This document shows positions 49,124 through 58,429 of a DNA stretch of 64,000 nucleotides, in pieces. The stretch spans positions 143,214-207,213 of the forward strand of contig CALMYL010000017.1 of NCBI GenBank assembly GCA_937873695.1. Direction: 5' to 3'. The stretch is from an uncultured Ignavibacteria bacterium. Lineage in GTDB: Bacteria > Bacteroidota > Ignavibacteria > Tepidaquicellales > OLB5. The translations under genes were made by a program, and so were the position numbers. A model generated the notes under the pieces. The model worked only from the letters and a program-made list of their open reading frames with translations, did no database searches and was not told where the DNA came from. The number at the start of each line of letters is the position of its first letter. The first letter of the stretch is position 1.

Positions 49124-49939
49124 CTAATTCAGTTTGTATCTCTTTTCTTTGACTCCAAAGTAAAAATTAACACCTGCCATAATGCTGTAAAATGAGAAAT
49201 TCTTATTATTATCTCCTGCCAGTTTTAAATTAGGATCTGCTTTATCCCTCAGTTGAAACTCAGTATCAGCATTTGTTCCTTTGGAATCTTTCAAAAAAGC
49301 ATTAGCATTCAGCAGCCTTGCAGCAATATTAAGCCCGAATGATTCATTTACTACATACTCAGAACCGATAATTAATCCATATCCCATTCTGAATGAGTTT
49401 GTAATTTTATATTCTTCATTATAGGGAGTGCTGCCGCGGTTTTCAAACCATATCTTTATGTCGCCGTTTATCATACTGGCATTCAATTCACCGCCGATAT
49501 ATAATTTAAATCTGTGCGCAGGTGTAAAGTTGTACTCCATACCCAGCCCGCCGGTGAAACAGTTATAATTTGCATGGCCATTATCGGCAACGGTTTCTTT
49601 TGTGCCGAATGTATAGGAAAGTATCCTGTTATATGTTAATGATTGGGTAAACCTGAAACTGCCTCTTTCGTTAAGTACAATTTTAGAAAGTACGCTTGCC
49701 CCAAAACCCTTATCGGCTCCAAATGATTCGCCGTCATATACAACTTTAGACTGGTAATCATCATTATACGCTCCGGATAGCTCGAAAACAGACTGATTAT
49801 AATCAATATTGAACTGAAGAGTATAGCTGGGTGAGCTTCTCACTATCATATACCTCTTTATCTGTGTATTCTGTGCTGATAGACTGCCGGATAAAAGGAA
49901 TGCGAATAATGCAGCTGTTAGTAATATCTTGCTTTTCAT
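49124..49939 (-). CDS. Outer-membrane beta-barrel protein, paralog B
   Basis: 271 aa with a signal peptide (SGSLSAQ). Motifs GGLGMEYNFTP, ITNSFRMGYGLIIGSEY, GVNFYFGVKEKRYK. Confidence 0.6.
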   Translation of the reverse strand: MKSKILLTAALFAFLLSGSLSAQNTQIKRYMIVRSSPSYTLQFNIDYNQSVFELSGAYNDDYQSKVVYDGESFGADKGFGASVLSKIVLNERGSFRFTQSLTYNRILSYTFGTKETVADNGHANYNCFTGGLGMEYNFTPAHRFKLYIGGELNASMINGDIKIWFENRGSTPYNEEYKITNSFRMGYGLIIGSEYVVNESFGLNIAARLLNANAFLKDSKGTNADTEFQLRDKADPNLKLAGDNNKNFSFYSIMAGVNFYFGVKEKRYKLN

Positions 49940-49949
49940 AGCGGCTTAG

Positions 49950-50807
49950 TTATTTTTTAAACTTATAAATTATATCCTTAACACCAAAATAAAGATTTAT
50001 GCCCATATAAAATGTCGTGAAAATAAAATTCTTAAAACCGCCAAACTCAATTTCACCGGTATCATCTTTTTTATCTCTCAGGGGTACTTCATCCCTGTTA
50101 TCACTGGTTTTGGTGGATTTAAACAATTGATTTGAATTGGTAAGCTTTATCCCGAAATTTCCGCCGAACTGGTTATTGAACATATATTCAAAACCTGTAT
50201 ATATCATATAACCTATCCTGAATGAATTCTTTATTGTAATATTTCTTGTCTGGCCCGTTGTCTGACTGGTTACATTAGCTTTCCCTGAGATCATATTTGC
50301 CTGGACCTCTCCTGCAATATAGGGTTTTAAGCGGAATGTTGGGTTGAATGAATTCTCAATTCCCACGCCAAACGCAAGTACATTGTAACTTACATCTCCA
50401 TATTTTGAAGCTGAAGAAAGAAAGCTGCTTGTGAATCTGTTAAAATTAGCAGAAATATTAAGCCTTACGTTTCCTTCTTTATGAAGAGGTATTTTGCCTA
50501 TTATCATGCCGCCGTATCCGTTCTTAACTCCAAAATTCAATCCGTCTGAAAACTGGGCTGAGTCAAAAACTGTATTGAAGTTTGATGAGAGCTCTGCCAT
50601 ACCAAGGTTTATTCCGCCGGATATCTGCAAAGTAAAACGTGGCGGAGACTGTATCTTATATGCGTTCTTCAGCTTCGCGCCGGTTTGCTTATACTTTGTC
50701 GTATCCTGCTTATCTGAATCTTCAATTTTATAAGAGCCTGATCCGCAGCCTATTAAATAGGGGAGTATAGTAAATAATATTGCTATACAGAAATATCGTA
50801 ATTTCAT
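49950..50807 (-). CDS. Outer-membrane beta-barrel protein, paralog A (lipobox-type signal)
   Basis: 285 aa with signal LPYLIGCGSG. Motifs GKIPLHKEGNVRLNISANFNRF, GVGIENSFNP, IKNSFRIGYMIYTGFEY, GINLYFGVKD. Confidence 0.6.
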   Translation of the reverse strand: MKLRYFCIAILFTILPYLIGCGSGSYKIEDSDKQDTTKYKQTGAKLKNAYKIQSPPRFTLQISGGINLGMAELSSNFNTVFDSAQFSDGLNFGVKNGYGGMIIGKIPLHKEGNVRLNISANFNRFTSSFLSSASKYGDVSYNVLAFGVGIENSFNPTFRLKPYIAGEVQANMISGKANVTSQTTGQTRNITIKNSFRIGYMIYTGFEYMFNNQFGGNFGIKLTNSNQLFKSTKTSDNRDEVPLRDKKDDTGEIEFGGFKNFIFTTFYMGINLYFGVKDIIYKFKK

Positions 50808-50971
50808 AGCTGGTTTATTCCCTACTAAATTTAAAATGTAAAATTATACTCTATATATATGATTTTAATAAATGTAAATTATTTATAAAAAACAATAAAT
50901 TCAAGTAATAATAATTACTTATTTTCAGAAATGTATACAAGTTTTAACTGAAATAGGGCAAAATTTGAACA

Positions 50972-51003
50972 GGAAAAGAAGCAGACTAATAAAAGTCTGC
51001 TTC
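50972..51003 (-). terminator. Rho-independent terminator after SPOR copy B
   Basis: The minus strand shows GAAGCAGACT-tttatt-AGTCTGCTTC (10-bp stem) followed by TTTTCC. Confidence 0.65.
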
Positions 51004-51015
51004 TGTAATGTTAGT

Positions 51016-51468
51016 TTATTTACTTTCTGTTTTTACTAAAGTTAGCTCTACTACAAAAGAATCACCAAAGCCCGCATCTTTTGCTTTCTGAAGAAACGAT
51101 ATTGCTTCATCCCGTGAGTTAAATCCGGCTAACCTGATCTTATAGAGGCCTTCAATGTTCTTCACAGAAAGATCCATTCCTTCGAATCTCTGCTTTGCTT
51201 TATCATAATACCTGTCAGCGTTTTTTTCATCACTAAAGGCGCCAATTTGAATTATGTATGACTTAGAAATAACATTTTTTTCGCTGAACTTGTTATCTGA
51301 AGGTTTGGTATCTTCTTTTATATCACTTACAGGCGGAATCTCCTGTTTTGGCTCTTCCTTTATTTCTATTGGCTCTTCAACTTCAACGATTTCATATATA
51401 GGAGAATTGCACCCGGCATAAAATAGTCCGGCAACTAATAATATTGCTGTAAAATTTATTTTAGTCAT
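51016..51468 (-). CDS. SPOR-domain lipoprotein (peptidoglycan-binding), copy B
   Basis: 150 aa with a lipobox (FYAGCNSP), a Glu/Pro/Lys linker, and the SPOR domain YIIQIGAFSDEKNADRYYDKAK...LYKIRLAGFNSRDEAISFLQKAKDAGFGDSFVV. Confidence 0.75.
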   Translation of the reverse strand: MTKINFTAILLVAGLFYAGCNSPIYEIVEVEEPIEIKEEPKQEIPPVSDIKEDTKPSDNKFSEKNVISKSYIIQIGAFSDEKNADRYYDKAKQRFEGMDLSVKNIEGLYKIRLAGFNSRDEAISFLQKAKDAGFGDSFVVELTLVKTESK

Positions 51469-51575
51469 TCCCTAATCCTCACTGTTTTTGAACGCTTTTT
51501 GTTCTTCAATATGGCAAATTATACTAATTAATTACACTATTCAATAACGTGAAAAGGGTAGGTTAAACTTACCTG

Positions 51576-53747
51576 CTATTTTAAGAATATTAATTTTCTT
51601 GTAATGTTAAGATTGCCTGAACTAAGTCTGCAGAAATAAACCCCTGAAGGAAAGTCACCTGCGTTCCAGGTTATCTCATATTCGCCGGGTGCAAGCAGTT
51701 CGTTAACAGGTACTGAAATTTCTTTTCCGAGGATATCATAAATTTTTAATGTCGTAATTTCATTTCTGCCATTTGCACCAGGCGGAATTGAAAATCGGAT
51801 TGCTGTTACAGGATTAAATGGGTTTGGATAATTTTGATAGAGCATAAAGTTATTTGGTATAATACTGCTGATTGGTTCAATGCCAATCGGACTTCCGCCG
51901 CCATTGGTAGTTTTTATTATCTTACCTCCACTCCCAACAATGTAACCCGTATTAACATCGGTAAAATACAGATCGTAAAATCCGCTGTTTGTTATTGTGT
52001 TGTGCATTTTCCAGGTGTTGCCGGAATCAGTAGATTTTAAAATTTTACCATTTGTGATGGCTGCATAACCTACATTATTATTAATAAATTGGATAGCGTA
52101 AATTTCAATAGAGTAATAATTATTATTATAATCATAAACTGATTGCCAGTTAATGCCGGAATTTGTGGTCTTGTAAATTTGATTCGTCGTTGAAAAAAAA
52201 CCTGTATGATCATCAATAAAATATATATCAAGAATAATATTATATAAAGATGGAATTTCGTGAAAATCCCAGTTTAAACCTCCATTAGTTGTTCGGCTAA
52301 CACCCACACCCAAATTATTGTCATCTCTTCCTATAAAACCTAAAAATTCATTGTAGAAAAACAGACATTCATGGTAACCGCTTCCATAACTGGATATAGT
52401 AATCCAGTTCTCACCACCGTTTATTGTTTTCCATGTTTCCTCATATTTTCCCATAATAAAACCTGTATTAGCATTAAGGAACTGAATTTCATTCAATACA
52501 CGTGGAGTATTAGTATACTGTACCTGTGAAAATGTTAAACCGCCATTTGTAGTTTTAAATAGTGAGTCTGTTCCTCCACAATAGCCTGTGTTTGCATCTA
52601 CAAAATCAAGGTGATATAAGCTATGGGTAAAAACTACATTCCAGTTATTTCCACCGTTTGTTGTCTTAAGTAAATGATTATCATCGACTGCATAACCGGT
52701 ATTCTCATTAACAAAATCAACTCCCCATAACCAGTATGAATTGTTATTTATGATTTGACTGTTCCAGTTTAAACCGGAATTAGTTGTAATTCTGATATCA
52801 CCGGTACCTCCAACAGCCAACCCATAGGATTCATTTATGAAATCAAACGATAAATTGGGAAATGAACTATTAAACAAATACCAGTTTAATCCATTATTAG
52901 TCGATTTATACAAAGCAGGAAAATCAGCACTTGCTAAGAAAGTGTTGTTGGAAATCTGTTCGACATAATAAACTCGCATTGATAAGTCAGAAGGTATCCA
53001 GTTCACTCCTCCGTTAGTTGTTGTATATGCAGATTTATTTGATGAAAAAACTCTGTCACCATATGCAATACCTGTATTTGCATTTATGAATTTACAGCCG
53101 TAAAATCTTGAATACAGAGGATTAGAAATTGAATCCCAGTATAAACCATTATCAGTTGAGCGTAAAAATTTAGCGTAAAAAGTATTTGGGTGCGGAGTAG
53201 AACCATAGCCGGCTAAATATCCGTTTTGATCACCTGGAAAACTCAAGCCCTCAATTGTGTATGTAGAATCACTTAAGATTTGGTTCCATTGGCTGCCTCC
53301 GTTTGTTGTTCTGCTTAACGAAGTACCTTCATAGTTGTAAAGCTTATTATATCTTAAAACATATCCTGTATTAATATCAACAAAATAGATTTTATGAAAT
53401 CTTTTTTGTTCAAAATCATAAATCACATTCCAGTTAAATCCGCCATTAGTAGTTTTAATGACAATTCCGGTATCGCAAACAATAAATCCTGTATTTATAT
53501 TTACAAAATGCATAGATGCATTATTTTGTTCATACATTGTATAATAAATACTCCAGTTGCTTCCGGAATTTGTGGTCTTCATCACACTGTTGTAGCACAT
53601 TGCATATGCTGTTGTTGAATTAACAAATTGAAGATTACTCATATAGTTTCCCTGAGGCAAAGGATTCTGCCATATCCATCCGCTTTGGGAAAATAATACA
53701 CTATTAATTCCAAATATCAGGGCTATTGTCAATAATATTTTAGGCAA
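51576..53747 (-). CDS. BNR/Sortilin-Vps10/Ycf48-like beta-propeller repeat protein with T9SS C-terminal sorting domain
   Basis: 723 aa. More than 10 repeats of (K/T)TTN(G/S)G.NW. C-terminus LYQNYPNPFNPVTAIRF...RKLIFLK. TTG start preceded by a GGAGG Shine-Dalgarno sequence. Confidence 0.75.
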   Translation of the reverse strand: MPKILLTIALIFGINSVLFSQSGWIWQNPLPQGNYMSNLQFVNSTTAYAMCYNSVMKTTNSGSNWSIYYTMYEQNNASMHFVNINTGFIVCDTGIVIKTTNGGFNWNVIYDFEQKRFHKIYFVDINTGYVLRYNKLYNYEGTSLSRTTNGGSQWNQILSDSTYTIEGLSFPGDQNGYLAGYGSTPHPNTFYAKFLRSTDNGLYWDSISNPLYSRFYGCKFINANTGIAYGDRVFSSNKSAYTTTNGGVNWIPSDLSMRVYYVEQISNNTFLASADFPALYKSTNNGLNWYLFNSSFPNLSFDFINESYGLAVGGTGDIRITTNSGLNWNSQIINNNSYWLWGVDFVNENTGYAVDDNHLLKTTNGGNNWNVVFTHSLYHLDFVDANTGYCGGTDSLFKTTNGGLTFSQVQYTNTPRVLNEIQFLNANTGFIMGKYEETWKTINGGENWITISSYGSGYHECLFFYNEFLGFIGRDDNNLGVGVSRTTNGGLNWDFHEIPSLYNIILDIYFIDDHTGFFSTTNQIYKTTNSGINWQSVYDYNNNYYSIEIYAIQFINNNVGYAAITNGKILKSTDSGNTWKMHNTITNSGFYDLYFTDVNTGYIVGSGGKIIKTTNGGGSPIGIEPISSIIPNNFMLYQNYPNPFNPVTAIRFSIPPGANGRNEITTLKIYDILGKEISVPVNELLAPGEYEITWNAGDFPSGVYFCRLSSGNLNITRKLIFLK

Positions 53748-53769
53748 AGGACCTCCTTATTACTTGATA

Positions 53770-53800
53770 CAAAATTAACGGATAAATCATGATAAATCAA
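53770..53800 (-). promoter_or_regulatory. Promoter of the BNR-repeat T9SS cargo gene (TTGATT-N17-TAATTTTG)
   Basis: The plus strand shows CAAAATTA at 53770-53777, 20 nt, then CAA at 53798-53800. Confidence 0.5.
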
Positions 53801-53916
53801 TCACATTTACGGCAAAAATTAATTTCTTTCATTTCATTAAACTGAATGCTATTTTTGCAGAATACAGATTTTCCCTTTGTAATTAAGGGATTGCTCATAA
53901 AAATTAAGGAGAATTA

Positions 53917-54837
53917 ATGTCATTACTGGTAGTTGGCTCACTTGCGCTTGATACAATAGAAACTCCCTTCGGGAAAGCTGAAAGAACTTTAGGCGGCTCT
54001 GCAACCTTTATTTCTGTCGCAGCGTCTTATTTTACACAGCCGGTAAGGCTGGTTGGTGTTGTTGGCGGTGATTTCCCTAAAAAGGAACTTGAATATTTTG
54101 AAGAACGGGAAATTGACCTTGAAGGTCTGCAGATAAAAGAGGACGGAAAAACATTCCACTGGCACGGAAAATATGATTATGACCTGAATACAAGAGAGAG
54201 CCTTGTTACTGAGCTTAATGTATTCGCAGATTTCGATCCGATAGTACCCGAAACATTTCAGAAGAGCCAGTACCTTTGCCTTGGAAACATTCACCCTGCA
54301 TTGCAGAAAAAAGTTTACGAACAGATGCAGAGTCCGAAATTAGTAGTTGCAGATACAATGAACTTCTGGATTGACGGCGCATACGACGAATTGCTTGAAG
54401 TTTTAAAACACATTAATGTGTTCATCATTAATGATTCCGAAGCAAGAGAAATATCCAAAGAAGCCAATCTGTTTAAAGCTGCCAAAAAGATACAGGGATT
54501 TGGACCCAAAATAGTAATTATCAAAAAAGGCGAGCATGGCGCTTTGCTCTTCTACGAAAATGAGCTCTTCAGCGCACCGGCTTACCCGCTGGAATCAATT
54601 TACGATCCTACCGGCGCGGGCGACAGCTTCGCAGGTGGTTTTATTGGCTATCTGGCAAAGACTGATGATATTTCATTCGAGAACATGAAACGCGCCGTTA
54701 TTTTCGGCAGCACAATTGCGTCGTTCTGCGTTGAAAAATTCTCGCTTGAAGGTACCCGTGAGCTTTCTCACCTGAAAATTAAAGACAGGTTTAACGAATT
54801 CACAAGGTTTTCAACATTTGAACCCGCTGAATTGTAA
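53917..54837 (+). CDS. PfkB-family sugar/nucleoside kinase
   Basis: 306 aa. N-terminal GSLALDTIETP..GGSATF and the C-terminal PfkB signature DPTGAGDSFAGGF. AAGGAG Shine-Dalgarno. A 15-nt gap separates it from mtnA. Confidence 0.8.
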   Translation: MSLLVVGSLALDTIETPFGKAERTLGGSATFISVAASYFTQPVRLVGVVGGDFPKKELEYFEEREIDLEGLQIKEDGKTFHWHGKYDYDLNTRESLVTELNVFADFDPIVPETFQKSQYLCLGNIHPALQKKVYEQMQSPKLVVADTMNFWIDGAYDELLEVLKHINVFIINDSEAREISKEANLFKAAKKIQGFGPKIVIIKKGEHGALLFYENELFSAPAYPLESIYDPTGAGDSFAGGFIGYLAKTDDISFENMKRAVIFGSTIASFCVEKFSLEGTRELSHLKIKDRFNEFTRFSTFEPAEL

Positions 54838-54852
54838 ATTTAAATATAACTA

Positions 54853-55944
54853 ATGATAGATAAGCTTGAATATACAAATAAACACGAGCTTATTTTCTTA
54901 GACCAGACACTTCTCCCTTTGAAAGAGAAGTATCAAAAGACCAAAAGCTATAAAGATGTTGCCGAAGCAATTCAGAAGCTCAAAATAAGAGGCGCGCCCC
55001 TTATCGGCATAGCCGCGGCTTACGGTGTTGTAATGGGCGTGCATCATTATGATACCGATAACAGGAAAAATTTTGAGATACATTTCTACAAGGTAGCAGA
55101 AACCCTTCGCAACTCACGCCCGACAGCCAAAAATCTTTTCTATGCCTTGGATAGAATGGTAAAGATTTTTGAAGAGAACATCGAAAAAGATTTTATCGAA
55201 ATAGAAGATCTTCTGTTAAGAGAAGCTGACGCAATTTATGATGAAGATGCCGAAATGTGCAAACGCATCGGTGTTAACGGGTCGGAGTTAATTGGTGAGA
55301 AGATGACTGTTCTTACTCACTGTAATGCCGGTGAACTTGCTACCGGGGGAATAGGTACCGCGCTTGGAATAATCTACACTGCCCGCGACCAGGGAAAGGA
55401 TATTTTTGTGTATGCTGATGAAACGCGCCCGTTGCTGCAGGGCTCAAGGCTCACAGCATACGAACTTGCCGAAAATGAAATTGATTTTGATATTATAATT
55501 GACTCCATGGCAGCGAATTTGATGAAAGATGAAGTCATTGATTGCGTTATAGTTGGCGCCGATAGGATCGCATCAAACGGTGATGTTGTTAATAAGGTAG
55601 GAAGCTACTCGCTTGCAGTTAACTGCGCATTCCATAAAATTCCGTTCTATGTTGCAGCACCGGGCAGCACAATTGATTTTGATATTGCTGAGGGTAAGGA
55701 TATTGAAATAGAAGAACGCAGCGCGGATGAAGTTACAAAAGTTCATGGAGAGAAAATTACTTTGCCGGATTTCAGTGTTTTAAATCCTGCGTTTGATTTG
55801 GTACCTCACGAACTTGTTACTGCTATTATTACCGAATACAAAGTCCATTACCCGCCGTATAATTTCGGGGGACTTAAACATATGTTTCAAAGTTACATTC
55901 AAACCCAAAGAATGAATGATAATGAGGAAGAAATTGATAATTAA
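54853..55944 (+). CDS. mtnA: S-methyl-5-thioribose-1-phosphate isomerase
   Basis: 363 aa of the eIF-2B alpha/beta/delta-like family with MtnA motifs: RGAPLIGIAAAYG, THCNAG.LAT, GADRIASNGDVVNKVGSY. Confidence 0.88.
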   Translation: MIDKLEYTNKHELIFLDQTLLPLKEKYQKTKSYKDVAEAIQKLKIRGAPLIGIAAAYGVVMGVHHYDTDNRKNFEIHFYKVAETLRNSRPTAKNLFYALDRMVKIFEENIEKDFIEIEDLLLREADAIYDEDAEMCKRIGVNGSELIGEKMTVLTHCNAGELATGGIGTALGIIYTARDQGKDIFVYADETRPLLQGSRLTAYELAENEIDFDIIIDSMAANLMKDEVIDCVIVGADRIASNGDVVNKVGSYSLAVNCAFHKIPFYVAAPGSTIDFDIAEGKDIEIEERSADEVTKVHGEKITLPDFSVLNPAFDLVPHELVTAIITEYKVHYPPYNFGGLKHMFQSYIQTQRMNDNEEEIDN

Positions 55945-55961
55945 TCTGCTGCGCTGAATAA

Positions 55962-56675
55962 ATGCCGATAGTAAAAACAAAAGCCGTGATTTTAAAGTGT
56001 GATAACTACAGGGAGACCAGCAAAATTATCACATTTTTTACTTTTTCCCACGGTAAACTAAAAGGTATAGCCAAGGGTGTCAGGAATTCCAAAACACGCT
56101 GGGGCGGCGCGCTGCAATCAATGGCACTGGTTAATGTAATGTTTTATTATAAAGAGACCCGCACACTGCATCTAATTTCAGCCGCCGAGCATCTAATTAC
56201 ATTGAACAGCATTTATGATGATTATGACAAAATGCAGATTGGGTACAGGATGATTGAGCTTGTTAATAAAACAACGGCAGAATATCAGGAAAATACAAAT
56301 ATTTACAATTTATTGGCAGATTCACTTCAGATACTGGAAAGTGCAACCAAAAACTATGTAAATGTGTTATTTAACTTTGAATTCAGGCTGTTGAGTTTGC
56401 TGGGCTACAACATCAGCCTTGGAGCGCAGCCGGATGGAAATGTTGAAATTAACGGACAAAATGGATATTTTTATGAGAATAATTTTGGCGCCGGTAAGGG
56501 CAGTACTCTTGAATTGCTTAAACAAGGGAACTTTAATCAGTTGATGTCCCTTAATATATCAAAGCAACAGGTGTTTGCGCTGGAAAAATTCTTCGAAAAT
56601 TATATGCGCGATCATTTTGAATTTGCGGGTTTTTCGAATTCTAAAAAAGTATTCAATTCACAGGAATTATTTTAA
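55962..56675 (+). CDS. recO: DNA repair protein RecO
   Basis: 237 aa. An N-terminal OB-fold pattern (TKAVILKCDNYRETSKIITFFT..GKLKGIAKGVR) and RecO-like length and layout. Confidence 0.82.
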   Translation: MPIVKTKAVILKCDNYRETSKIITFFTFSHGKLKGIAKGVRNSKTRWGGALQSMALVNVMFYYKETRTLHLISAAEHLITLNSIYDDYDKMQIGYRMIELVNKTTAEYQENTNIYNLLADSLQILESATKNYVNVLFNFEFRLLSLLGYNISLGAQPDGNVEINGQNGYFYENNFGAGKGSTLELLKQGNFNQLMSLNISKQQVFALEKFFENYMRDHFEFAGFSNSKKVFNSQELF

Positions 56676-56764
56676 GAATTAATAAAAGGGGAATTAATTA
56701 TAATCCATTCTTACTATTTATTTAGAATCAAACTCTAAAAATTGAAACAAGGAGAAAAAATAAT

Positions 56765-58285
56765 ATGCCTAGAAAATCAATAATAGCAGCCGGATTTGTT
56801 GTGCTGCTTTCAATAATCTTCGGAGCTGTGCTCATAGCTAATTTCAGCGGAGTAAAGGTTGTGCACTCTGATTCACAGGTGGAATTTAATACAACACCGC
56901 CTATTTCAGTTAACCCGAATGTAAAAAGCTTAAATGACGCTTTCATTGAAATAAGCAAAACTGTTACACCAACAGTTGTGTATATAGAAGTGAAATCAGG
57001 GCAGAAGCAGCCTGAAAATAACCAGCAGCCGCAGGATCCCAACGATCCGTTCAAATTCTTCTTCGGTCCCGATGGTCAGATGCCTGACCAGGGTCCCCAG
57101 ATGGGAAGCGGTTCCGGTGTTATAATTTCTAAAGATGGTTATATAGTAACAAATAATCACGTTGTAAAAGGCGCCGGAGAGCATGGCATCAAAGTTGTGC
57201 TTACTGATAAACGCGAATTTGACGCGAAAGTAATAGGACTTGATGAAAATACAGATCTTGCAGTAATTAAAATAGAAGCAAACGATCTGCCGGTAATGTC
57301 AATGGGCAATTCTGATAATCTGCAGGTAGGTGAGTGGGTTCTTGCTATCGGAAATCCGCTTGGACTTAATTACACCGTAACCGCAGGTATAGTCAGCGCA
57401 ATGGGCAGAAATATCGGCGTCAACGGCGGCGGCTACGCAATTGAGAATTTTATACAGACAGATGCAGCTATTAACCCGGGTAACTCCGGCGGCGCATTGG
57501 TTGATGTTAACGGTCAGTTAATAGGTATCAACAGCGCTATAAAAACAAATACAGGCTATTACCAGGGATATGGATTCGCTATTCCGGTTAACATTGTTAA
57601 ATCAGTTTCACAGGAACTGATAAAATCAGGTAAAGTAGTACGCGGTTACATTGGCGTGCAGATACAGACAGTTGATGAAACAATGGCAAGGGGTCTTGGT
57701 TTGGATAAAGCCAAAGGCGTACTTGTACAGAGCGTTCAAAAAGGCGGCGGCGGCGATGAAGCTGGCTTGCAGGCAGGCGATGTAATACTTTCAGTTGACG
57801 GCAAAGAAGTTAATGCCTCCAACGAGCTGCAGGTAATTATCAACAGCAAACGCCCCGGCGATATTGCCAAGTTGACAGTTTTCCGTGATGGCAAAACAAT
57901 TGAGAAGGATGTAACACTGAAGCCAAGGGCTGATGAAGAAAAACAGACATCTATGAACAATAACAAGGATGAAGGAAGCAACAAAGGAGTTTCATCTACT
58001 TCAATAAATTCACTTGGTATGGCTGTTCAGGATGCGCCGTCTTCACTTAAGGAAAAGTACAATATTTCAGGCGGTGTTGTGGTAACTTCTGTTGAAAGGA
58101 TGTCAGAATCATTTTTACGCGGTTTGGCCGAAGGTATGGTGATAGTTGAGGCAAATAAGAAGAAAATTAACGATGTTAAGGACTTGACCGAGGTTATCGG
58201 CGATAAGAAGTCAGGTGACCCGATACTGCTTAAAGTAGTTGATAAAAACGGGCAGGAACGAATTGTAGCATTAAAAATACAATAA
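56765..58285 (+). CDS. htrA: Do/HtrA-family periplasmic serine endopeptidase with two PDZ domains
   Basis: 506 aa. Catalytic triad contexts TNNHVV (His), DLAVIKI (Asp), GNSGGAL (Ser), followed by two PDZ-like segments. Confidence 0.92.
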   Translation: MPRKSIIAAGFVVLLSIIFGAVLIANFSGVKVVHSDSQVEFNTTPPISVNPNVKSLNDAFIEISKTVTPTVVYIEVKSGQKQPENNQQPQDPNDPFKFFFGPDGQMPDQGPQMGSGSGVIISKDGYIVTNNHVVKGAGEHGIKVVLTDKREFDAKVIGLDENTDLAVIKIEANDLPVMSMGNSDNLQVGEWVLAIGNPLGLNYTVTAGIVSAMGRNIGVNGGGYAIENFIQTDAAINPGNSGGALVDVNGQLIGINSAIKTNTGYYQGYGFAIPVNIVKSVSQELIKSGKVVRGYIGVQIQTVDETMARGLGLDKAKGVLVQSVQKGGGGDEAGLQAGDVILSVDGKEVNASNELQVIINSKRPGDIAKLTVFRDGKTIEKDVTLKPRADEEKQTSMNNNKDEGSNKGVSSTSINSLGMAVQDAPSSLKEKYNISGGVVVTSVERMSESFLRGLAEGMVIVEANKKKINDVKDLTEVIGDKKSGDPILLKVVDKNGQERIVALKIQ

Positions 58286-58302
58286 TCATGCATTATTTGG
58301 GG

Positions 58303-58340
58303 GGAAAATGGCACCAAAAGTGCCGTTTTCCTCACTTTTT
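58303..58340 (+). terminator. Rho-independent terminator after htrA
   Basis: GGAAAATGGCAC-caaaa-GTGCCGTTTTCC (12-bp stem with one G-U pair) followed by TCACTTTTT. Confidence 0.7.
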
Positions 58341-58369
58341 AATATCACGGGTTTACAGTATAGGTTGTA

Positions 58370-58400
58370 TTGACATTAAAAACATTTATAATTAACTTTG
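58370..58400 (+). promoter_or_regulatory. Promoter of the small T9SS-CTD gene (TTGACA-N17-TAACTTTG)
   Basis: TTGACA at 58370-58375 and TAACTTTG at 58393-58400. The ATG lies 29 nt downstream. Confidence 0.55.
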
Positions 58401-58429
58401 TACAAGTATTTTAGAGATAAAACCGGTAA

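Noticed and set aside
53850-53857. TATTTTTG, a -7-like motif 60 nt upstream of the PfkB kinase gene
   Set aside because: No TTGAnn element lies at a 16-18 nt spacing (the sequence there is TTTCAT), so it does not meet the pattern shared by the eight reported promoters. Isolated -7-like motifs at 26180, 39948 and 43974 on the minus strand were left out for the same reason.
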